DNA of 64,000 bases from an uncultured archaeon (GCA_938048735.1 CALIUM010000024.1:1478-65477); one strand, 5' to 3'; shown: positions 32,478 to 42,120, numbered from the stretch's first letter. The notes: a model not told the origin generated them from the sequence alone. Numbers and translations: made by a program.

Positions 32478-33273
32478 ACTCCTAAGGATAACCACCATAA
32501 CGAGGGTGGAGGAGGAGTCGAGGGATGTCAAGACCATATACCTAAGCGACAGGTTATGCTCGGAGGCCAAGCCGGGCCAGTTTCTCATGATCTGGGCACC
32601 CGGGGTGGATGAGGTTCCAATGTCCCTCTCCACCATAAGCCGTGAGAGGATCTCCGTGACGGTCAGGGCTGTGGGAGAGGGGACAAGAGCCCTCCACAAA
32701 ATGAGGGTGGGAGATAGAATAGGTATAAGAGGCCCCTTTGGAAACGGCTTCACGATCTCAGGCTCCAGACCCCTTCTCGTCGGAGGGGGGACCGGAGTAG
32801 CGGCCCTAAAGCCTCTTCTAGAAGCCATGATCGCTGATGGTTTGGAGCCCACATTTATCCTAGGGGCAAGGAGCGCTGACGAACTACTATTTAGAAATCC
32901 TCTGGAGAGGCTTCTGGGTAGGAGGCTCCTCCTCACCACGGATGATGGCTCCCTTGGCTTCAAGGGATACGCGTCGGATCTGGCGATGAGGCTGATGGTG
33001 GAGGAAGATTTCGACAGCGTATACGTATGCGGCCCCGAGCCTATGATATGTAAGGTCTTCGAGGAGGCTGAGAGGAGAGGGCTTCCCATACAGGCGAGCC
33101 TTGAACGATATATAAAGTGCGCTGTGGGCCTCTGCGGAAGCTGCGCATTAGGCCCCTTCAGGGTCTGCAGGGATGGCCCTGTCTTCAACTCCCAGCAGCT
33201 CAGGCTGGTAGGCGATGAGCTAGGTAGGGCCAAAATGGATCCTTCGGGGATAATGATCCCCATAGAGCCATAA
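32452..33273 (+). CDS. pyrK: Dihydroorotate dehydrogenase electron-transfer subunit (FAD, [2Fe-2S])
   Basis: C-terminal CAVGLCGSCALGPFRVC cluster. Overlaps pyrD. Confidence 0.9.
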   Translation: MSDLPIRPELLRITTITRVEEESRDVKTIYLSDRLCSEAKPGQFLMIWAPGVDEVPMSLSTISRERISVTVRAVGEGTRALHKMRVGDRIGIRGPFGNGFTISGSRPLLVGGGTGVAALKPLLEAMIADGLEPTFILGARSADELLFRNPLERLLGRRLLLTTDDGSLGFKGYASDLAMRLMVEEDFDSVYVCGPEPMICKVFEEAERRGLPIQASLERYIKCAVGLCGSCALGPFRVCRDGPVFNSQQLRLVGDELGRAKMDPSGIMIPIEP

Positions 33274-33322
33274 ACTCTGATAAGAGTTATCCACGCTCAA
33301 ACACAGATCTACTTGAGCTGCC

Positions 33323-34039
33323 TTGGCAGAGGTCGAGATCCTGTTCCACTGTTTCTATATCCAGATGGGCCTCATGAAGGGCCATCCAGTGCTAAGCATA
33401 AGGTGGCCTTTGACGCCCATGCCGGAGAGGGAGGTCGGTGATGCCTATGGAGGGAGGGTGTTCAACCTCGGATCCACGAACACCCTTCTCATAAGGGATG
33501 GAGATGTCAATATAGTCGTGGACCCCGGCATCATACAGCTTGGAAGATACGGGGCCTTCCAGTTGCGCCTCGCGGAGTTCGGTCTCAAGCCTGAGGATAT
33601 CGATATAGTTGTGAATACCCACTGCCACTACGATCACGTTGAGTGCAACTACCTCTTCAGGGGTAGAAGGCTCATCGTCCATGAGAGGGAAACCGAGTAC
33701 TGCAGGAGGCTTTACTGGCCCGAATATTATGAGGCCTATATGGGGATAATGGATGTAGAGGAGATATCAGGCCCTTACAAGATAAGCGAGAATGTCAGGA
33801 TCTTGGAGACCCCTGGACACACGCCGGGGAGTATATCGGTATTGGCCGAGACTAGGAATGGATTAGTGGCATGTGTGGGGGACGCCGTAATAGTCAAGGA
33901 GGACCTACAACTGATGAGGCCTCCTCAGGTCGTCACACTAAATGTCTCACCGGAGATGGCTGTAGAGAGCGTGAAGAAGATAATTTCTCTGAAGCCATCT
34001 ACTGTCATCCCAGGTCACGACGCCCCCTTCCAACCCTAA
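33323..34039 (+). CDS. MBL-fold metallo-hydrolase
   Basis: HCHYDH motif with downstream His/Asp ligands. Confidence 0.75.
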   Translation: MAEVEILFHCFYIQMGLMKGHPVLSIRWPLTPMPEREVGDAYGGRVFNLGSTNTLLIRDGDVNIVVDPGIIQLGRYGAFQLRLAEFGLKPEDIDIVVNTHCHYDHVECNYLFRGRRLIVHERETEYCRRLYWPEYYEAYMGIMDVEEISGPYKISENVRILETPGHTPGSISVLAETRNGLVACVGDAVIVKEDLQLMRPPQVVTLNVSPEMAVESVKKIISLKPSTVIPGHDAPFQP

Positions 34040-34089
34040 CTAGAAAGGTTTATACACACAGCCCTATTTAGAGTAGATCTGTGAAATAG

Positions 34090-34266
34090 ATGCCGACACA
34101 TGGTTCCCTGACAAAGGCTGGGAAGGTTAGGTCTCAAACCCCAAAGATAGAGGCTAGGCCGAGGAGGCAGCCCATCCCTAGAAGGAGGAACTGGGTCAAC
34201 TTCCAGAAGAGGATCATTTACGCCCCGGAGGAATCCAAGGGGCTAGGGAGAGGCAGCTTCCTCTAA
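34090..34266 (+). CDS. rps30e: Ribosomal protein eS30 (S30e)
   Basis: 58 aa MPTHGSLTKAGKVRSQTPKIEARPRRQPIPRRRNWVNFQKRI..., matching the eS30 consensus HGSLARAGKVRxQTPKV. Below the track's 60-aa cutoff. Confidence 0.8.
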   Translation: MPTHGSLTKAGKVRSQTPKIEARPRRQPIPRRRNWVNFQKRIIYAPEESKGLGRGSFL

Positions 34267-34294
34267 GGAGAAGCCCGATAAGATGATCTGAGGA

Positions 34295-35866
34295 TTGGAA
34301 GCCGCAATTAGGGATATAGTTGAAACGATTTTACTTCGGCAACCTAAGAGTTTAGAAGAGATCAACAGGATCAAGTTAGAGGTTTGTAGGAAGCATTGTC
34401 TAGCCAGGATCCCTGGGAATGCGGATATAATTGCCTCACTGCCCGAGGGGGAGGCGGGGAAGCTCATCCCGATTCTCAAAAGGAAGAGGGCCAGGGCTGC
34501 GAGCGGGGTCATAGTCGTGGCCGTCATGACCGAGCCGAGGGGATGTCCTCATGGTAGGTGCGCCTACTGTCCAGGAGGGCCTGAGGAGGGGTTCCCCCAA
34601 AGCTACACCGGGCATGAGCCGGCTGCAATGAGGGGGATCCAAAACCAATATGACCCCTACCGCCAGGTGGTGAGCAGGATAACTCAGCTAAGAAGAATAG
34701 GGCATGAGGTGGATAAGGTTGACCTCATCATCATGGGGGGCACTTTTCCAGCATCTCCCGTGGAATACCAGGAATGGTTCGTGAAGAGATGCATAGACGC
34801 TATAACAGGGGTGGATTCAGAAGACCTAATTCAAGCCAAGAGACTGGCTGAGAATTCGAGGATAAGGAATGTGGGGATAACGGTCGAGACCAGACCTGAC
34901 ACGATAACCGAGAGGAGCGTCGACCTAATTTTGGAGTTAGGCGTCACCAGGGTGGAGCTTGGGGTTCAAAATATCTATGATGACATATACCAGCTGGTTG
35001 GCAGGGGGCACACCGTGAAGGATGTTATCAAAGCCACTGGCCTTCTCAAGGATTCGGGCCTCAAGGTCTGCTACCACATGATGCCTGGCCTACCTGGCTC
35101 AAGCTGGGATAGGGACATCGAGGCCTTCAGAACAATCTTCACCGATCCGAGATTCAAGCCCGATATGCTGAAGATCTATCCAACCCTCGTCCTGAAGGGG
35201 ACTAAGCTCTATGATTTGTGGGCCTCGGGAGATTATAATCCCCTCTCTACTGAGGAGGCTGTTGAGCTGATCGCCAAGGTCAAACAGATGGTGCCACCCT
35301 GGATTAGGATAATGAGGATTCAGAGGGATATACCATCAAACCTGGTTGAGGCGGGGGTCAAGAGGAGCAATCTCAGGCAGCTGGTTGAAGAGAGGCTGAG
35401 GAAGCTGGGGGGGCATTGCAGGTGTATAAGATGCAGGGAGGTCGGCCACAAGAGCCTCAACGGGGAGAGAAGAGACGGAAAGGTAAATTTACACTGCATC
35501 TCTTATGAGGCCTCAGGAGGCATAGAGAACTTCATCTCCGTAGAGGATGATGAGGAGGATGCCCTTATAGGATTCATCAGGCTAAGGATACCATCGGAGA
35601 ATGCTCATAGGCCCGAGATAAGAGGCTCCGCCGTCGTTAGGGAGCTCCACGTCTATGGAAGGATGACCCCTGTTGGGAAAAGGATTGAAGACGCCTGGCA
35701 GCATAGGGGGTGGGGGAGAACCTTGCTTTCAGAGGCCGAGAGGATCTCCAGGGAGAGGTACGACATGAAGAAGCTGGTCGTACTGAGCGCCCTAGGGACT
35801 AAGGAGTACTATAAGAAACTCGGATACTACCCAGATGGGGTCTATATGTCCAAGAGGCTTGGGTAA
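34295..35866 (+). CDS. elp3: Archaeal Elp3 (tRNA uridine-34 acetyltransferase, radical-SAM plus GNAT)
   Basis: CPHGRCAYCPGG radical-SAM cluster and C-terminal GNAT (GWGRTLLSEAE). Confidence 0.9.
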   Translation: MEAAIRDIVETILLRQPKSLEEINRIKLEVCRKHCLARIPGNADIIASLPEGEAGKLIPILKRKRARAASGVIVVAVMTEPRGCPHGRCAYCPGGPEEGFPQSYTGHEPAAMRGIQNQYDPYRQVVSRITQLRRIGHEVDKVDLIIMGGTFPASPVEYQEWFVKRCIDAITGVDSEDLIQAKRLAENSRIRNVGITVETRPDTITERSVDLILELGVTRVELGVQNIYDDIYQLVGRGHTVKDVIKATGLLKDSGLKVCYHMMPGLPGSSWDRDIEAFRTIFTDPRFKPDMLKIYPTLVLKGTKLYDLWASGDYNPLSTEEAVELIAKVKQMVPPWIRIMRIQRDIPSNLVEAGVKRSNLRQLVEERLRKLGGHCRCIRCREVGHKSLNGERRDGKVNLHCISYEASGGIENFISVEDDEEDALIGFIRLRIPSENAHRPEIRGSAVVRELHVYGRMTPVGKRIEDAWQHRGWGRTLLSEAERISRERYDMKKLVVLSALGTKEYYKKLGYYPDGVYMSKRLG

Positions 35867-35908
35867 CAGTTTTATTCTCCCCAATCAGGCTTAACTAGTG
35901 GCCGGGCA

Positions 35909-36214
35909 TTGTTCATAGTGGTCTATAACCTGAAGATCCCTCCTGAGAGGGCTGCGAGGTATATACAGATAGGTAAGGAGATGGTTGGGATCTATAATGA
36001 ACATGGCTGTCTGGGCGTTGAGATATACAGGGATGCGGTTGACCCCCAGAACTGGATGGAGGTCTACAGGTTCAGGGATAAAGAGCACTATGAGGAGGTT
36101 GTACGCTCTGTCGGAAGAGATCCCAGAATAGAGGGCTTGACAAAGGCCTTCACCTCCCTTTTGGATGGGGAGGAGAATAGGCCTAAGAAAGGAGTATACT
36201 ACAGGATGATATAG
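35909..36214 (+). CDS. Small ferredoxin-like-fold protein (ABM/Dabb-like), hypothetical
   Basis: 101 aa. Weak pattern similarity only. Confidence 0.3.
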   Translation: MFIVVYNLKIPPERAARYIQIGKEMVGIYNEHGCLGVEIYRDAVDPQNWMEVYRFRDKEHYEEVVRSVGRDPRIEGLTKAFTSLLDGEENRPKKGVYYRMI

Positions 36215-36241
36215 TGGCTTATCGAGTCGATACCTGAGTAA

Positions 36242-37579
36242 GTGGTTGGCATGGATGAAGCTCTTCAGGGTTATAGGGGGCGCGTTAGGGAGGCCCTAGA
36301 GAACGCCGGGGTTAAGGTAGGGGACCTGGTGAGGATCCATGGAGGGAGCGAAACCTATGAGGGCATATTGATGCCGAGGATAGAGACGGCCGACGATACA
36401 TACATTGTGCTGAAGCTCCGCAGCGGCTACAACATCGGAATAGCCCTAGAGGATTCCATGAGCATAGAACGCTTGAGAAGAGCTGAGAGGCCTCAATTCA
36501 GGCCCCCACCCATCCCCGAGACCAAGCCTAACCTGCCAAGGGTGAGCATAATTAGCACAGGGGGAACAATAGCGAGCAGGGTAGACTACACTACTGGAGG
36601 AGTGAGAGCAGCCATAAGCTCAAGGGACCTCCTAAGCATAATACCCGAACTCTCGGATATCGCTGTTATAGACGCCGACATACTCTTCTCGATATTCAGC
36701 GAGAACATGGAGCCAAGCCACTGGTCTGAGATGGCCAGGAGGGCAGCCCAGAAGATAAGGGATGGGGCGGAGGGTGTTATCATAACCCATGGCACCGATA
36801 CAATGGGCTACTCATCAGCAGCCCTGAGCTTCGCCCTCCAGGGCCTCCCGGTTCCCGTCATCTTTGTTGGGTCCCAGAGGAGCTCTGATAGGCCTAGCTC
36901 CGATGCCGCGACAAACCTCATAGGCTCGGTGAAAGCAGCTATCGAGGCCCCCTTCGCGGAGGTGGTCCTAGCCATGCACGAATCCACCTCCGACGACAGC
37001 GTAGCCTTCCACAGGGGGACGAAGGTGAGAAAGTGCCATACGAGCAGTAGGTACGCCTTCAGATCGATAAACTCCCAGCCCTTAGCCAGGCTCAAAGACG
37101 GCCGATTAGAGATGCTCACAGACGATTATAGGAGGAGGGGTGTGGACGAGCTTGTCATAAGGGACAGGTTCGAGCAGAGGGTTGCCCTAATCAAGTTCTA
37201 TCCCGGATTCGACCCTGGAATTCTAGAATGGCTCGCCGACCGGGGGTACAAGGGGGTCGTGTTAGAGGGGACAGGGCTCGGTCATGTGGGCTCCAAGTGT
37301 TACCCACCCATAAAGAGGCTGATCGATGAGGGGGCTGTGGTCTGCATGACCTCCCAGTGCCTCTGGGGGAGGGTTAACATGAGGGTGTACTCCACGGGGA
37401 GGGAGCTGCTAAGGATGGGGGTAGAGCCCTTAGGAGATATGCTTCCGGAGACGGCCATGGTGAAGCTCATGTGGGCTCTAGGGCAGGGGGAAGGAAGGGG
37501 GGAGGCGCTGAGGCTGATGAGGATGAACATAGCTGGGGAATACTCAGAGCGGACCCTATATGAGAAGGGTGAAACCTAA
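36242..37579 (+). CDS. gatD: Glu-tRNA(Gln) amidotransferase subunit D
   Basis: Asparaginase-like ISTGGTIAS and HGTDTM motifs. Confidence 0.9.
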   Translation: MVGMDEALQGYRGRVREALENAGVKVGDLVRIHGGSETYEGILMPRIETADDTYIVLKLRSGYNIGIALEDSMSIERLRRAERPQFRPPPIPETKPNLPRVSIISTGGTIASRVDYTTGGVRAAISSRDLLSIIPELSDIAVIDADILFSIFSENMEPSHWSEMARRAAQKIRDGAEGVIITHGTDTMGYSSAALSFALQGLPVPVIFVGSQRSSDRPSSDAATNLIGSVKAAIEAPFAEVVLAMHESTSDDSVAFHRGTKVRKCHTSSRYAFRSINSQPLARLKDGRLEMLTDDYRRRGVDELVIRDRFEQRVALIKFYPGFDPGILEWLADRGYKGVVLEGTGLGHVGSKCYPPIKRLIDEGAVVCMTSQCLWGRVNMRVYSTGRELLRMGVEPLGDMLPETAMVKLMWALGQGEGRGEALRLMRMNIAGEYSERTLYEKGET

Positions 37580-39474
37580 TGGACTATAGAAGCCTAGGCC
37601 TCAAGATCGGCCTAGAGATCCACCAGGAACTGGAGACCAAGCATAAGCTGTTCTGCAGGTGCCCGCCGAGGCTCTTCAAGGGAGACCCCGAATACACCTT
37701 CAAAAGAAGGCTAAGGCCGAGCCAAAGTGAATTGGGAGAGGTGGACCCGGCAGCCCTCTTCGAGTTCATCCATGGGAAGACCATCGTATATGAGGCTAAC
37801 AGGGAGACCTCGTGCCTCGTCGAGATGGATGAGGAACCTCCAGGCCCCCTCGATGAGGAGGCCCTAGATACCTGTCTCATCTTCGCCCTGATGACTGGGT
37901 CAAGGCCCGTCGATGAGATCCAGGTGATGAGGAAGATTGTCGTAGACGGATCTAACACGACGGGATTCCAGAGGACCTGTGTGGTCTCCATCGGGGGCTC
38001 AATAGAGGCAGGGGGCAGGACCTACGGCCTTGAGCAGATCTGCCTAGAGGAGGATGCAGCAAGGAAGGTCGATGAGGATGATGAAACGATAAGATACAGG
38101 ATAGACAGACTTGGGATACCCTTGATAGAGGTCTCAACAACTCCTGAACTCCACTCACCTAAGGAGGCTGAGGAGGTGGCCCTAGCCATTGGTCGCCTCC
38201 TAAGGGCCACTGGAAGGGTTCGGAGAGGTCTTGGAACTATAAGGCAGGACCTTAACATCTCCATCGAAGGCGGCGCCCAGATAGAGATAAAGGGGCTCCA
38301 GGAACTCGAACTCATCTCCAAGGTCGTGGAGTATGAGGCACAGAGGCAACTGAGCCTTCTCTCCATAGCATCAGAGCTGAGGAACAGGGGGCTCAGCCCA
38401 TCGGATTTGAAGGAGGAGTTCTTCGATCTTACCGACCTATTCGCCTCCATGAACAGTCCAACGATAAGGGAGGCTTTGACTGGAGGCCGTCGGGTTATGG
38501 CCCTCCGCCTCCCAGGGTTTGGAGGACTGCTCACTAGGGAACTCTGCCCAAATCTCACGCTGGGAAAGGAGATGGCCGATAGGGCGAGGGCTTGGGGTGA
38601 AGCCAAAATGATCCTCCATATCGAGGAGTTCTCAAGAGGGGATTTGAGCGATGAAGAGCTCTCATCGATCCTTTCAAAGACCATGACGACGGATAGGGAT
38701 GCACTCTTCATCGTAATCGATGAGGAGGAGAGGTGCAGGAGAAGCCTCCAGGCTCTTCTAGTCAGAGCGAGAGAGGCGATATTGGGAGTGCCGAGTGAGA
38801 CCAGGGCGCCAAACCCGGATGGGACGACGAGATACACGAGGCCTAGGCCTGGGGCTGCTAGGATGTACCCCGAGACGGATATTTTCCCCATACCCATCAC
38901 ACCTGAGAGGATTGAGAGGCTTAAGGCGGCCTTACCCGAGACCCCGCAAGCGAAGCTTAGAAGGTTAATGGAGGACTATCATCTAAACGAGAAGCTCGCA
39001 AGGCAGGTCATCGACTCGGTCTACTCCGAGTTCTTCGAGGAGTTGGCTAAAGAGACCAGGGCATCCCCAACCGTTATAGCTGTTATCCTCACGGAGACCA
39101 TGAAGAGCCTCGAGAGGGAGGGGGTCAGGGTGGGAGGGGTCAAAGAAGAGGCGTTGAGGAGCCTTTTCAAGCTTCTAGGAGAGGGGGAGTTGACTAAGGA
39201 GGCCATACCTGAGATTCTGAGATGGATCTCGGCTAACCCTGAGGCTTCTCCCGAGCAGGCTTTGGAGGCCCTTGGGCTTAAACCCATATCCGGAGATGAG
39301 CTGAGGCTGCTCGTCAAGAAACAGGTTGAGGAGAACATGGAGATGGTGGCCAGGATGGGTGAGAGGGCTTTTGGCCCCCTCATGGGTATTGTGATGTCAA
39401 GGGTTAGAGGAAGAGCCAAGCCCGAGGATGTGCAACTCCTCCTCAAGGAGACCTTAAAGTCTCTCTCATCTTGA
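37579..39474 (+). CDS. gatE: Glu-tRNA(Gln) amidotransferase subunit E
   Basis: GLEIHQEL...KLFCRCP N-terminus and GatB/YqeY tail. Confidence 0.9.
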   Translation: MDYRSLGLKIGLEIHQELETKHKLFCRCPPRLFKGDPEYTFKRRLRPSQSELGEVDPAALFEFIHGKTIVYEANRETSCLVEMDEEPPGPLDEEALDTCLIFALMTGSRPVDEIQVMRKIVVDGSNTTGFQRTCVVSIGGSIEAGGRTYGLEQICLEEDAARKVDEDDETIRYRIDRLGIPLIEVSTTPELHSPKEAEEVALAIGRLLRATGRVRRGLGTIRQDLNISIEGGAQIEIKGLQELELISKVVEYEAQRQLSLLSIASELRNRGLSPSDLKEEFFDLTDLFASMNSPTIREALTGGRRVMALRLPGFGGLLTRELCPNLTLGKEMADRARAWGEAKMILHIEEFSRGDLSDEELSSILSKTMTTDRDALFIVIDEEERCRRSLQALLVRAREAILGVPSETRAPNPDGTTRYTRPRPGAARMYPETDIFPIPITPERIERLKAALPETPQAKLRRLMEDYHLNEKLARQVIDSVYSEFFEELAKETRASPTVIAVILTETMKSLEREGVRVGGVKEEALRSLFKLLGEGELTKEAIPEILRWISANPEASPEQALEALGLKPISGDELRLLVKKQVEENMEMVARMGERAFGPLMGIVMSRVRGRAKPEDVQLLLKETLKSLSS

Positions 39475-39601
39475 TAGCTCTCTAATTTGTTTTCAATAAA
39501 GGCTCATTCCATAGGCTAAATTTCAGAATATTTTACATTTATATTAAAAAATATATCCTGTTCAAAAAGAATATCGTCCAAAAAAGTTTAATTATGATTC
39601 C

Positions 39602-40072
39602 TTGCAACCCTCTCTTAGTAAGCCCTTTGTGATAAACATGAGCCGCCCCCCTTTCCGGATAAGGGTCAGAATAGGACAGGTTGAGGTTGAGATAGGGGGG
39701 GACAGGGAGGAGGTGATATCCACCCTTGACGAGTTAGGTGGCATCGTAGGGAAGGTTCAAGATGCCTTTAAGCTGGAGGGGGGGACAAACCTCAGCCTTA
39801 AACCTAGGGCCGTCATGGAGGATTTTCCCAAGATCCCAGTGACAAACCAGTGTAGCGAGGCCGTGATCTCGCTCCTCTCGACGGACTGGGGTAAAACACC
39901 TCGAACCCTCTCCGAGATCCGGGAGGCGATGGAGGCTAATGCGATATTCTTCCCGAAGACAACTCTGTCAGGGGTTCTGGTATGGCTGGTCAAGAAGAAC
40001 AAGATCAGGAGATGGAAGGATAAGAGGAGGGGGTATGTTTATACTATTCATGAGGTAGGAGATGATGGTTAG
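39602..40072 (+). CDS. wHTH DNA-binding protein, tandem paralog 1 (unknown N-domain plus C-terminal winged helix); probable start MSRPPF at 39638
   Basis: The N-terminal domain (FRIRVRIGQVEVEIGGDREEVISTLDEL) is paralogous to the next gene. The C-terminal domain is wHTH-like (RTLSEIREAMEANAIFFPKTTLSGVLVWLVKKNKI). Confidence 0.5.
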   Translation: MQPSLSKPFVINMSRPPFRIRVRIGQVEVEIGGDREEVISTLDELGGIVGKVQDAFKLEGGTNLSLKPRAVMEDFPKIPVTNQCSEAVISLLSTDWGKTPRTLSEIREAMEANAIFFPKTTLSGVLVWLVKKNKIRRWKDKRRGYVYTIHEVGDDG

Positions 40073-40529
40073 ATTTAAGTTGAGTATAAAGACTCAATTC
40101 TGCGAGCTTGAGATAGAAGGCGACTCAACATCAGAGATTCTAGAAGCCCTGAGGGGTTTAGATAAAGGATTTTTAGAAGAGGCAAAAGGGATCGTGTCAT
40201 CAATTATGGAGACCTCAATAGATGATGATCTCAAGAGTATAGTGGAGACGAGACATGATGGCCCCTTGATCGTAACCAAGAAAGATCTATCTCATTATGA
40301 AGCTATAGGAATTGTTCTATACTGTTCTAAGAACCATCAAGCCACCTCTAGGCAGATTAAGGATAGGCTCACAGCGAGTGGGAAGAAGGTTACTGTCCCT
40401 GCTAGGCTGAACGAGATGGTTAGGAAGGGCCTCGTCTTCAAGCCGGAGGAGAGGGGGGCTTTTTACAAGCTGTCCACGAAGGGGTTGAAATGGATGGAGG
40501 AGGAGGTCATACCTAGGCTTCGGAGGTAG
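40062..40529 (+). CDS. wHTH DNA-binding protein, tandem paralog 2
   Basis: The N-terminal domain (VRFKLSIKTQFCELEIEGDSTSEILEAL) parallels the previous gene. C-terminal wHTH (ATSRQIKDRLTASGKKVTVPARLNEMVRKGLV). The local sequence is visibly less GC-rich than the surrounding genes. Confidence 0.5.
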   Translation: MMVRFKLSIKTQFCELEIEGDSTSEILEALRGLDKGFLEEAKGIVSSIMETSIDDDLKSIVETRHDGPLIVTKKDLSHYEAIGIVLYCSKNHQATSRQIKDRLTASGKKVTVPARLNEMVRKGLVFKPEERGAFYKLSTKGLKWMEEEVIPRLRR

Positions 40530-40842
40530 TCTCCATCCTGCTTAGTTTTTCATAAATCTCGGATGTAGCGAGGAGAAGTGAGAGGAGGATTAGATTACTG
40601 TCACAGGCGTATCCACCATCCCTAAAGGGTGTTCTCTGGATGAGGCCTTTCTCCAAGAGCTTCGCCATGGCCCTCTCGGCGGCCTTAGGGGTTAGGTTCA
40701 GCTCAGCCGAGAGCTCCTTTATCGTCATCGCCTTCCTGGTACTCAGCAGGTGAGATAGGATGGCGAACTGGCTGGGTGCCTTCTGTATCGTTAGGAGGGC
40801 ATTCATCTTTTCCCTTAGATCCTTCATAGCCCCCTGGGTCAA
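40513..40842 (-). CDS. Small wHTH transcription regulator (member 1 of a five-gene tandem array)
   Basis: 109 aa with helix-turn-helix MTIKELSAELNLTPKAAERAMAKLLEKGLI. Confidence 0.55.
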   Translation of the reverse strand: MTQGAMKDLREKMNALLTIQKAPSQFAILSHLLSTRKAMTIKELSAELNLTPKAAERAMAKLLEKGLIQRTPFRDGGYACDSNLILLSLLLATSEIYEKLSRMETTSEA

Positions 40843-41118
40843 CTAGCCTTTCAACTCCTCCTTAATCTCTCTATACAGCTTCATAAGCATATCATATGGT
40901 GTTAGGTTTGAGATATAGCCTTCAGGGGTGGCGGAGATCAGACCCGCATCCTTAAGCTCGGTCAGCCTCGCCCTCACGGTTGAGGCCTTCTCCCATACCT
41001 TCTCCGCTATCTCGGAGGGCTTCATAGCCCTATCCTTGAATGAGAGATAGCATAAAACCTTGAAGGCGGATGTCTCAAGGCCCAGATCATCCAAAGCCTT
41101 CAACCTATCTTGGGACAA
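40843..41118 (-). CDS. Small wHTH transcription regulator (array member 2)
   Basis: 91 aa. LGLETSAFKVLCYLSFKDRAMKPSEIAEK is paralogous to member 4. It abuts member 1 with no gap. Confidence 0.55.
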   Translation of the reverse strand: MSQDRLKALDDLGLETSAFKVLCYLSFKDRAMKPSEIAEKVWEKASTVRARLTELKDAGLISATPEGYISNLTPYDMLMKLYREIKEELKG

Positions 41119-41123
41119 TCCTC

Positions 41124-41381
41124 CTACCTCTCGAAGTAGTCTTTAAGTAGCATCACCAATATGGGCCCAAGCTTATACTTGTAGACCCCCCTCGAAACCC
41201 TGTCCACTAGCCCCTTGTTGTGGAGGTTGAAGAGGGCTATGTTGACAGCATTCAGGGAGAGGGAGAGCTCTTTCGAAAGCTCTTTGGAGGACATCTGCTC
41301 CCCCTTCTCCACAAGCCTTAAGAGGACCAGACGCTGTGTATCCGCCCTCTTCAGCCCCTCCAACTCCTCGGAACCCGTCAA
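41124..41381 (-). CDS. Small wHTH transcription regulator (array member 3)
   Basis: 85 aa with QMSSKELSKELSLSLNAVNIALFNLHNKGLV. Confidence 0.55.
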   Translation of the reverse strand: MTGSEELEGLKRADTQRLVLLRLVEKGEQMSSKELSKELSLSLNAVNIALFNLHNKGLVDRVSRGVYKYKLGPILVMLLKDYFER

Positions 41382-41396
41382 GGGGTCTCCCTCCGG

Positions 41397-41669
41397 CTAC
41401 TGCTTCTTCGCTGTACATCTCAAATACAGATCGGATATTATATCAGTGAAGGCGACCTTAGACCTATAGGCCCCGTCATCCTGCTGTATCACGAACCCCT
41501 TCTCGAGCAGGGATCTCAGGGCGGGGCGCACGGTGCCAGGGGGGATCCCGGTTTCCTCGGCTATCTGCGAGGGGAGGCTTGCCCCCCTGAAAGAGAGATA
41601 TGTCAGAATTTTAAACGGACTTGTATCAAAGGATAACTCCCTTGCAACCCTATCTAAGAGCTCTTCCAT
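41397..41669 (-). CDS. Small wHTH transcription regulator (array member 4)
   Basis: 90 aa. LSFDTSPFKILTYLSFRGASLPSQIAEE is paralogous to member 2. Confidence 0.55.
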   Translation of the reverse strand: MEELLDRVARELSFDTSPFKILTYLSFRGASLPSQIAEETGIPPGTVRPALRSLLEKGFVIQQDDGAYRSKVAFTDIISDLYLRCTAKKQ

Positions 41670-41681
41670 TTCAATCCGCCT

Positions 41682-42002
41682 CTAAACAACGCCCTTCTCC
41701 AATGCCCTTATCCTATCCAGAAGGTGTAGAAGGATCCTAGGAACATTTGGCGTGTAGTTTCCTCTGCCCTCTCTAACCAACAATCCCTCACCGCAGAGCT
41801 GTGAGAAAACAGCCTTAACGGAGTTGTAGTTGGCGTTAAGTTTAGCGGCGACCTCACTGGGCCCCAGTTTTGGATCCTCGAGGAAGGCCCTGAAAACCGA
41901 TTCCTTCAGGGTTGACTCCTCATTCATATCACATAAATGAAGCTCAGCCTCCTTATATAACTTTATATTTCTCTGAAAGACCTGTAAGGCCGAGGTCCTC
42001 AA
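41682..42002 (-). CDS. Small wHTH transcription regulator (array member 5, promoter-proximal)
   Basis: 106 aa with LGPSEVAAKLNANYNSVKAVFSQLCGEGLL. Its ATG lies about 32 nt from the TATA embedded in the palindrome at 42021-42048. Confidence 0.55.
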   Translation of the reverse strand: MRTSALQVFQRNIKLYKEAELHLCDMNEESTLKESVFRAFLEDPKLGPSEVAAKLNANYNSVKAVFSQLCGEGLLVREGRGNYTPNVPRILLHLLDRIRALEKGVV

Positions 42003-42020
42003 ATTTATCGAGCGTTAAAA

Positions 42021-42048
42021 TTTTGAGATATATAAATAAATCTCAAAA
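42021..42048. promoter_or_regulatory. TATA box embedded in a 9-bp inverted repeat (TTTTGAGAT-ATATAAATAA-ATCTCAAAA) between the wHTH array and the nuclease/ATPase genes
   Basis: Perfect arms at 42021-42029 and 42040-42048 with an AT-rich TATA spacer. Positioned about -30 for the leaderless wHTH member 5. A second TATA (TTTAAATA, 42086-42093) lies about -30 from the NurA-like ATG. Confidence 0.4.
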
Positions 42049-42120
42049 ATTCCGAAATGACGCTCTATTTTCCGCAGAGTTTAAATATCCAAGAAAGGAA
42101 TCGTTGTAAATGGGGTTTGG

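Noticed and set aside
38022-38900. 292-aa ORF antisense to gatE, with several shorter antisense ORFs (36808-37119, 37584-37991)
   Set aside because: They lie entirely inside well-supported gatD/gatE coding sequence on the other strand. Composition-driven.
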